Shown here one piece after another: positions 56,446 to 64,000 of a stretch of 64,000 nucleotides of DNA (positions are counted from its first letter, which is position 1; every line of letters starts with the position of its first letter). The notes under the pieces were generated by a model. That model did no database searches. It saw only the letters and a list, made by a program, of their open reading frames with translations, and was not told where the DNA came from. The DNA is from an uncultured Methanosarcinaceae archaeon (GTDB lineage: Archaea > Halobacteriota > Methanosarcinia > Methanosarcinales > Methanosarcinaceae): the NCBI GenBank assembly GCA_963727895.1, contig CAVSHT010000004.1:416001-480000 (forward strand), in the 5' to 3' direction. The translations under genes were made by a program, and so were the position numbers.

Positions 56446-57048
56446 TTTTAAAAGAATCAGACTAATGATCCCGTTTCAAGTTAAAAATAAAGTGTTTATA
56501 ATAGATACATCCTTGCAGATATACTCAATTTTGGCTTTGAAAAAATCGCTAAAAATCATCTCCAAGAAACTGTCATATGACTTGGCAACTAATGCCCATA
56601 CTTAGGAGAAATTCAAGGAGGAAAATAAGAAAAAATAAGAGAGTTGGAACATTTTATATATTTAGACAATGTATATGATAATTGGGAAGACATGAAAATA
56701 GGTATACTCTCTTTTATAACACAAAATAAATGTAAATACCGTACTTCATGCCCAAATTTTCAGAAAGGGGGAAAATATTGTGAGGGATTGGACTACTGTA
56801 AATGTGGATTGTTCTTAAAAAGGAAACGAGGGATATAAATATATTTGACTCTATTTTGGAAGTACTTTATTTATTTAATCATACTTTTTTAAGAATACGT
56901 TCTTAATTATGCTACAGATTAAATAGTTTTACGTATATAGCAAAAAAGGTGTGTTTATACACAGAAATAATCATTACATAGTAAAACTTATAATTATTTT
57001 ACATAGATTTGTTTTTTAAATTTTGAGGCTTAAAAATATATACTTTGC

Positions 57049-57990
57049 ATGGTTATAACTTTCGGACTTATATATAAATTAAAAATTTGTTTATTCGATA
57101 GCCAGGGAGTTGACAGCTTGGTTAATAAAAAACTTATTAAGTTTTTAACTATTTTTCTTATATTTGCATTTACCGCTGAATGTATATATACTGTCCTTGT
57201 CGACAAAATCCCTGCTTCATATATGAATTCCGAAGATATGGTAACAGATATGCACGCATTAATATTCAATGAAGAGAATAGTTCCCTACATTCCGAAACA
57301 GTATTAGGAGAACAAAACAAGGTCAAAGAGAATCAGAGCGCTGAAAACTCAAATGATTCTATAAATTATGATATCCCAAAAGTACCGACATACTCTGAAG
57401 AAAAATCAAATATTGTTTATCCAGAAGAATACCGGAAATTATCCCTGAATTTCCAAAGAGGCATTGGATCAGGGAATGAAATAATTTCATCTGAAGTTTT
57501 TAATATAACCAGAAAGACATCAGGGTACAATATTAATGACGCCTGTAAAGTATTTGATTATGTAAACCGTCACTGGAAGTATCGTTCTGAAGGTAATGCT
57601 GACTTTTTCTTTGGAGCCTCTCAGACTATAAGTGAGGGTTATAAAGGTGACTGTGACGACTACTCTATAGTCATAGCAGCACTTTTAAAAAATATGGGAT
57701 TCAATACAAGGATCGTTACTGTAACAAATGAGACCTATGGACATGCCTATCCAGAACTTTACATAGGAAACAATAATGAAACAGCGTATCAAATTCTCAG
57801 GTATGTACAGATGAGATATCCCTATGCTGAAAACATCTGGTACTCAAACAGAGATCTTAAAGATGGAGAAATTCAATACTGGTTGAACTTCGACTGGAGC
57901 GGGTCAAATGGGTATATGCATCCTGGAGGAGTATATTATCTTGAAGGAGCGCAAGTAATTTACTATCCTTCTGGAATAGTTGAGTACTGA
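57049..57990 (+). CDS. Membrane-anchored transglutaminase-like domain protein
   Basis: N-terminal TM; GDCDDY, GHAYPE and WLNFD catalytic triad pattern; true start may be about 57118. Confidence 0.85.
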   Translation: MVITFGLIYKLKICLFDSQGVDSLVNKKLIKFLTIFLIFAFTAECIYTVLVDKIPASYMNSEDMVTDMHALIFNEENSSLHSETVLGEQNKVKENQSAENSNDSINYDIPKVPTYSEEKSNIVYPEEYRKLSLNFQRGIGSGNEIISSEVFNITRKTSGYNINDACKVFDYVNRHWKYRSEGNADFFFGASQTISEGYKGDCDDYSIVIAALLKNMGFNTRIVTVTNETYGHAYPELYIGNNNETAYQILRYVQMRYPYAENIWYSNRDLKDGEIQYWLNFDWSGSNGYMHPGGVYYLEGAQVIYYPSGIVEY

Positions 57991-58207
57991 ACTAGAGTTA
58001 ACTTGGAACCTACTTCCGTAATACAATTTTTATGTAGTATAGTAAATTTGCTGCAAATTATAGTCAATTTTTTTGTGTGTTATGGAAACAATTGCGTTCC
58101 ATACATGAAATTTGCTATCCAAAAACTTTTTAAGATTTACAATTTACAGAAATTGTCACACTGCCAATAGACTTGAACTATTAAAAACTGCAAGCATAAA
58201 AAGCTTA

Positions 58208-58738
58208 TTATATTTTTTTCATTTGAGTTCCTCTTTCCAATAATTCCCTTTTTCCAATATTATCTTCTCCCCACTTTTGTTTAACCTCTTCACTCCACTG
58301 TAACTTACCATCTCCAATCATAGACTTTGGAATTGCAAAAATGTTTGCTCTCGTGTATCTGGAAAAACCAGAATTGGATAACTTATATTGACTTGATTTC
58401 GCATCATATACCATCTGGTAATCAAGTTTAAATGCGCGAACTGCATCTGAAAATGTACAACTTTCCTGTGATTCTTCTTTTTGTTCTTTTCCTTTCTTTC
58501 GCGTCTTTTTTTCGATCTCAATCTCTTCTTTTCTTATATCTTCCAAATACCATAAGCTTTTATCAATTTCACTTTTAAACACAATCATATGCCATTTCAG
58601 AGATCGAGAATAAGGTTTTCTTAAAAGTTCATGCAACTCAGTAATTAGATTAGAATCATTTGTTGTACATTCAATCTCTTCCATTACTCTTTTAATTCTA
58701 GCCAAATTCACCTTTTGTCTTTCCTGACTTGTTGCCAT
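58208..58738 (-). CDS. Hypothetical protein
   Basis: 176-aa ORF with GTGAG upstream. Confidence 0.55.
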   Translation of the reverse strand: MATSQERQKVNLARIKRVMEEIECTTNDSNLITELHELLRKPYSRSLKWHMIVFKSEIDKSLWYLEDIRKEEIEIEKKTRKKGKEQKEESQESCTFSDAVRAFKLDYQMVYDAKSSQYKLSNSGFSRYTRANIFAIPKSMIGDGKLQWSEEVKQKWGEDNIGKRELLERGTQMKKI

Positions 58739-59019
58739 AACTACTCACTACATTATACATTAAATAATACAGTTATGTATGAAAATTATATTTTAAACCT
58801 TCGTTAATAGAGAATAAAGGATAAAAACGGTCAAAAATAAGACCAAACATTCTAAAATATGTCAAAAATAAAAGAGATTAAATTTTAAATTAATGCTTAA
58901 AAACAGAAATTTCAGGAATTCCTGTGATTATGAGACGTAAAACTCTTGTTTAACTGGTTTTCAGTATTTATTTATCAGCACTTTTATCTAACATGTTCTC
59001 ATTTGTTTTATTGATTTTT

Positions 59020-59511
59020 ATGTCCGAAAATATAACAGAAAGTACCAGTAAAAAAGTTGAGAATGGGGATACCATCTCAGTCGATTACGCAGGCAGACTT
59101 GAAGACGGCACAATTTTTGACACTTCCATAAAAGAGACAGCTATTCAGGCAGGGCTATACAATCAAATGAGAGATTACAAACCTCTTACATTTAATGTTG
59201 GCGCAGGACAAATGATAAAAGGGTTTGATGAAGGCGTTGTTGGAATGCAAATTGGAGAAGAAAAAATCCTTACAATCCCACCTGAAGAAGCATATGGAGA
59301 GTACAACGAAGAATTAGCAAGAGAGTTGCCTATTAATTCTGTAGATTTCACTCCTGAAGTTGGAATGCGCTTGGCTACAGAAACTGGTCTAACAGGTATT
59401 ATCACAAAGGTAAATGAAAATAGTTTTGTTATAGATTTTAACCACAATCTTGCAGGAAAAACTCTGACTTTTGTAGTGAAAATAGTTTCTATGGAGGAAC
59501 ACAAAGGATGA
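59020..59511 (+). CDS. FKBP-type peptidyl-prolyl isomerase (SlyD-like)
   Basis: VDY.GRLEDG.IFDTS, GQMIKGF, PEEAYG and DFNH.LAGKTL motifs. Confidence 0.93.
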   Translation: MSENITESTSKKVENGDTISVDYAGRLEDGTIFDTSIKETAIQAGLYNQMRDYKPLTFNVGAGQMIKGFDEGVVGMQIGEEKILTIPPEEAYGEYNEELARELPINSVDFTPEVGMRLATETGLTGIITKVNENSFVIDFNHNLAGKTLTFVVKIVSMEEHKG

Positions 59512-60077
59512 ACACCAGAAAAGGATCAATTTTTTTCATAACGATTCTGCTCCTGATAAGTATAACTCTTGTCAGCGGATGCATGGATAATGGAAATAAA
59601 GGAGAAAATAGTAGAACAGTAAAATCAGGAGATACAGTCCAGGTGGACTATACAGGAATGTTTGAGAACGGAACTGTTTTTGACACATCAAAAAAAGAAG
59701 TTGCGAAAAAAGCGGGATTATACGTTGATGAAAAGAATTATACTCCTCTAACATTCGTAGTTGGTTCAGGTCAGGTAATCCAGGGCTTTGACGAAGGCAT
59801 AGTTGGAATGAAAGTCGGAGAAGAAAAAACATTGAAAATTTCTCCAGAAAAAGCTTATGGAAAATATGACGAAACAAAGATCCTGGCTATTCCCATAAAA
59901 GAGTTAAATCTAACGAATCTCTCCGAACTTCCTAAAGCAGGACAAACTATTAGCGACACATACGGAAATCGGTTCAAGGTAAAGGCAGTAAACAATACAC
60001 ATATCATTATTGATGCCAACAATGGGCTTGCAGGTAAGACTTTGATTTTTGATATAAAGCTCGTTTCTATAAAATAA
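59508..60077 (+). CDS. FKBP-type PPIase with lipoprotein signal
   Basis: Hydrophobic signal ending in LVSGC; same FKBP motifs. Confidence 0.9.
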   Translation: MNTRKGSIFFITILLLISITLVSGCMDNGNKGENSRTVKSGDTVQVDYTGMFENGTVFDTSKKEVAKKAGLYVDEKNYTPLTFVVGSGQVIQGFDEGIVGMKVGEEKTLKISPEKAYGKYDETKILAIPIKELNLTNLSELPKAGQTISDTYGNRFKVKAVNNTHIIIDANNGLAGKTLIFDIKLVSIK

Positions 60078-60202
60078 ATTTAAGTTCCTGAAAATCAAAA
60101 TGATGGTTGTAGAATTTCTTTGAAATGTACATATTTTTGATATCCTGAGAAACATATAGATGACCTGGATACTGAAAGAAAAATGTACAGGAGAAAGGGA
60201 TA

Positions 60203-60675
60203 ATGGAACATTCTCGCATTGTGAATAAAGGAGATTACGTCCTTATTGATTACACCGGAAAATTAGAGGATGGAACAGTCTTTGATACCACTTTGAAGAA
60301 AAAAGCCTTAGAAGCAGGGATATATGACAAAGAAAAAGAATATAGAGCCTTTGTTTATTCAGAGTAGATACGGGTCAGATAATAAAAGGAATGGACAGGG
60401 GCATCCTTGGAATGAGAGAGGAAGAAGAAAAAACCTTTATAATTCTTCCTCAAGACGCTTATGGGGAATATAAGAATTATCTTGTCCAGGAGATTCCCCT
60501 CTCAAGACTTGAACTCCAGACTCCTCCTGAAACAGGAAAGAAAATTGTAACACCCGGCGGAAGTGAAGTTACAGTACTTAGTTCCACGGAAACTTCTGCT
60601 ACCCTGGATTTTAACCATGAACTTGCAGGCAAAACTCTGATCCTTGAGATAAAACTTGTCTCAATTATAAATTGA
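60203..60675 (+). pseudogene. Third FKBP-type PPIase, frameshifted
   Basis: IDYTGKLEDGTVFDT from ATG 60203; shift near 60350; then P.DAYG and DFNHELAGKTL. Confidence 0.82.
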
Positions 60676-60706
60676 TTCCAGACTCTGCAAATGAAGGAGG
60701 CAAAGT

Positions 60707-61121
60707 ATGGAAAAAGAAGAAAAAGTCATGGTATTGCTGTTATTTATGACATTAACTTCTCTTATGGCAGCCTATCTTTGCTTTGGATCAGAACTTACAG
60801 CTGGGCAGGAGACAGGAAAAGAAGTAAAAACCGTACACTCCGGAATCCGCTGAAGGGGAAAAAGTGTTTATTCAAGCCGAAGTTTTGAGTAAACAGCTCA
60901 CCTATAAAGGCGGACACCTGCTTTTACAGGTAGACTGCAACTCTGAAGTCCTGAGTATTTTTATTCCAAAAACTGCAGGAGCTGAGGCTTTTAATGCATC
61001 AATCAAGAAAGGGGATTATATCAGTGTAACAGGTACAGTTTCGGAGTATGAAGGGAAAAAAGAAATCAAAGTGGAAAGAAAAGAAGATGTTCTTCTGAAT
61101 GATCACAGCTCTTCTGAATAA
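60707..61121 (+). pseudogene. Membrane-anchored OB-fold nucleic-acid-binding protein, frameshifted
   Basis: MEKEEKV plus TM; extra A in the run at about 60826; then GGHL...GD.I.V.G.V.EYEG..EI. Confidence 0.75.
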
Positions 61122-61215
61122 ATATCATTTATCTGAGATACCATAATCAATAATCTTTCAAATAAAAGAAAAAGATCGTTAACAATATATTCATATAAGA
61201 ACATCTTGGAAAAAT

Positions 61216-62394
61216 ATGAAAGCGTGTATCATGTGCGGAGGAACAGGGACAAGGCTCAGGCCGCTAACTTTCAAGCATCCTAAACCCAGCATACCGATTC
61301 TTAATAAACCTTCAGTCCTACATCTGATAGAGCATCTTTCAAGAGAAGGATTTAACGAAATAGTCATGACCCTCGGGTACATGGGAGAGCGAATAGAAGA
61401 GCAGCTTGGAAATGGACACATATTTGGGGTACATATCGATTATGTATATGAGAAAGAAAAACTTGGAACCGCAGGTGGGGTTAAAAATGCTGAGGAATAC
61501 CTGAAAGACGAGCCATTTATTGTGCTTGGAGGAGATCACGTCCTGAATCTCGATTTGAGAGAGATGTATCGTTTCCATGAAACAAGTGATGCCTCTGTAA
61601 CTATGGGACTTATTTCAATTGACGACCCAAGAGAGTTTGGAATTGCAGATATGGATATAAATAACAAGATCCATCGCTTTCTTGAAAAACCGAAGGCAGG
61701 CCAGATATTCAGCAATCTTGCAAGTACAGGCATTTATGTTTGCGACCCTTCTATATTTGAATGGATACCTGAACATAAAAAATACGATTTTGCGAAAGAC
61801 CTGTTCCCCTTCATGCTTGAAGAAAACAAGGAAATAAACGGTGTTCTTGTGAGGGGACAATGGACTGATGTCGGAAGTTCAGCAGCTTACAGACAGGCAC
61901 AACGCTGGATGCTCGATGCACTTCCTGGAACGACAATAGAAGGGAACTTCACAACTCGAAACGCCAGAATAAGAGGTCCTTTATCCATAGGGAACAACGT
62001 GTGCATAGGCTCTAATTCTTCTCTTGTAGGACCAATAGTAATTGGAGAAAATACAATCATAGGTGATAACGTCCTTATCGGTCCTTACAGTGTGATAGGC
62101 TCTAACTGTACTATAGAGGAAAATGCAAAGATCCTTTCATCTTATCTTTTCGATAATGTGTCCATAGGAAAGAATTCCAATATCTCAGGCGGAGTGGTTG
62201 CAGATGAAACAACCATAGAAGACCACTGTTTCCTTGAAAATGGAACTGTTATTGGACATAGAGTAGCTATAGGAAGTAATTCAACAGTACATTCTGGGGT
62301 TAAAATCTGGCCTGAAGTAGTCATAGATAAAAACTCAAGCATAAAAGATACCTTAATGAACCCTGATTACGACATTGAACACGAAGGCTCGTGA
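61216..62394 (+). CDS. NDP-sugar synthase (mannose-1-phosphate guanylyltransferase-like) with hexapeptide repeats
   Basis: GG.GTRLRPLT..PKP, LGTAG, EKP and W.DVG motifs; left-handed beta-helix tail. Confidence 0.92.
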   Translation: MKACIMCGGTGTRLRPLTFKHPKPSIPILNKPSVLHLIEHLSREGFNEIVMTLGYMGERIEEQLGNGHIFGVHIDYVYEKEKLGTAGGVKNAEEYLKDEPFIVLGGDHVLNLDLREMYRFHETSDASVTMGLISIDDPREFGIADMDINNKIHRFLEKPKAGQIFSNLASTGIYVCDPSIFEWIPEHKKYDFAKDLFPFMLEENKEINGVLVRGQWTDVGSSAAYRQAQRWMLDALPGTTIEGNFTTRNARIRGPLSIGNNVCIGSNSSLVGPIVIGENTIIGDNVLIGPYSVIGSNCTIEENAKILSSYLFDNVSIGKNSNISGGVVADETTIEDHCFLENGTVIGHRVAIGSNSTVHSGVKIWPEVVIDKNSSIKDTLMNPDYDIEHEGS

Positions 62395-62609
62395 ATTTAG
62401 TTAAAAAGTATAAAAAAGATAATTAAAATAAGTTTGTAGGTTTTCTACAAGACCAAAATTTATTATTGGTTTCTGTAAGTGGTTACTGGCTCAGGAAATC
62501 CAATTATTTTCCTTAAAGATTTTTATTACAATTCTTACAGAAACCTTATAATAAAAATTGATGATTACCTGAAAGTACCAATTTTCTTGTTCTTAGAATC
62601 CTGCCTCAA

Positions 62610-64000
62610 TTAGACTTTTGCCTCAACCTGTGAATTTTGGAATTTTCTCATTTCTTTTAGACGTCTGGCAATGATTTCACCCAGGTAGAGTAAAAGCGCA
62701 GCAAGAAGCACATACACTTTCAGACTTACTTCCTCGTTAGATTGCTTTACTGAATTCTGCTTGGCATCCTTTAAGAGAAAAGCCCTTGCCTCCTTCTCAC
62801 TATAAATTTTCCCTCCAGTTGCAAGAATGAGAGGTTCTATGTCTTTATTGATCCCAACATCCCTATATTCAAGCTGATAATTTACTGCAACTGGATAACC
62901 GGAAATGTCATGAATCCCAATACTTTCCGGGTTAACAGTTGCTTCATAAGTATTTCTTCCTGTAAGAGAAAGATCAAGTGGGCTTCCATCCATATTTAAC
63001 TGTGGGATTCCTTCGTCATAAATTGTAAGTGTTAGATTGGAAGGAGTACCAAGCCATGTATCAGGACTATCCAGAACAACTCCTTCTTTAGCTCTCGGAT
63101 TTCCTATTGCCCAGTTAACCATTCTTGAAATTAATTTAGAATTATTTGATCCGGCATAAATATTAGTAGCCCAACGGGAACCTTCACCTGCTCCATTGTC
63201 TGTGGTAAAAGCTGCAACCCTTCCTAATCCGAAGCGCCAGGTAGTAATTACAGGTTTTCCATTTGGATCAGTTATAACCAGGCGCTCAGCTCCGGCTTTT
63301 GGAGTTACGTCATTATATCCGGTGATACTAGTATTATTATCAAGGGTAATACCTTTTGTAATGAAGCTATCTTGAGAATAGGCATAGAGAGAATAGTCTG
63401 ACGTAGTATTCTCGTTTTCTTTTTGATTATCTTCTTCCTGAGACTTATCAGTTGACTCCAAGCCTATATTTGCTCTTTCTCCCATATTTATACGCATATA
63501 ATTGTTTTCAAGTCCCAGACTCTGCATTAAAGTCTCAGCATAATATTTTCTGGTATTTTTATCAATTTGTGAAGATGTAGCAGGTGAAAGAACATGAACA
63601 AAATAAAGATTTACTTTCATATTCTTCAATTCTTTAGCGACCTCGAGACTCTTATCGTAAGATTCCTCAATTCCTCCATCAGAGATGATAATCGCATCAC
63701 GTTCACCTGTTTCTCCTGTAAGCATCGTTTTTGCAAATGTAAGACCATCATTAAGAGAAGTCTTGGTTTGTTCATCAGGGACTAATTCTTTGATTCTAGT
63801 TTCCAGCATAGCCCGATTCTGGGAAAGCCCCAGGAATACAAGTCCTCCTGAAACGTCATATCCCTGACTTCCAAATGCTATAACCCCTGCATTTGCATCT
63901 CTTATATTTTTGTTCTCAAGAATAGATATAGCATTTCCAAGAATGTCATCGAGAGTTTTTTTGTCTCCCGTTTGTGTACTTGGTGAGATATCAAGAATCA
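62610..64000 (-). CDS. VWA-domain membrane protein (5' end beyond the window)
   Basis: Open to the window edge; ILDIS and IISDG VWA motifs; WRFGLGRVAAFTTD; C-terminal TM. Confidence 0.85.
   Translation of the reverse strand, partial: ILDISPSTQTGDKKTLDDILGNAISILENKNIRDANAGVIAFGSQGYDVSGGLVFLGLSQNRAMLETRIKELVPDEQTKTSLNDGLTFAKTMLTGETGERDAIIISDGGIEESYDKSLEVAKELKNMKVNLYFVHVLSPATSSQIDKNTRKYYAETLMQSLGLENNYMRINMGERANIGLESTDKSQEEDNQKENENTTSDYSLYAYSQDSFITKGITLDNNTSITGYNDVTPKAGAERLVITDPNGKPVITTWRFGLGRVAAFTTDNGAGEGSRWATNIYAGSNNSKLISRMVNWAIGNPRAKEGVVLDSPDTWLGTPSNLTLTIYDEGIPQLNMDGSPLDLSLTGRNTYEATVNPESIGIHDISGYPVAVNYQLEYRDVGINKDIEPLILATGGKIYSEKEARAFLLKDAKQNSVKQSNEEVSLKVYVLLAALLLYLGEIIARRLKEMRKFQNSQVEAKV

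Overview
AT-rich archaeal DNA, very likely a Methanosarcina species (hdrA/C/B, tiaS, archaellum cluster, Methanosarcina-type IS1/IS6 and COG4738-like regulators). Bases 1-17.1 kb are an IS/MITE-rich accessory region with a bacterial-type beta-rich hypothetical gene, a TIR-TPR gene, an Abi-like NTD-TIR gene, DUF1638 genes, and an OFA-type MFS plus two LarA homologues between inverted IS6 copies. The rest is mostly core genes: HTH regulator, tiaS, nadE, split cdc48, korA/korB, leuC-like, PAS kinase, hdrACB, tRNA-Ile x2, tRNA-Ala, FKBP x3, NDP-sugar synthase and a VWA protein. It also holds a heavily decayed archaellum operon. Best leads: (1) an IS110 element inserted inside an IS1, whose non-coding leader folds into two loops, one matching its target site and one matching its own end junction (candidate archaeal bridge RNA); (2) a modular, covarying hairpin repeat lying just after stop codons in the same sense in all three copies; (3) IS6-bracketed MFS+LarA cargo and TIR defence-like genes. 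All calls are by eye; no searches were run.
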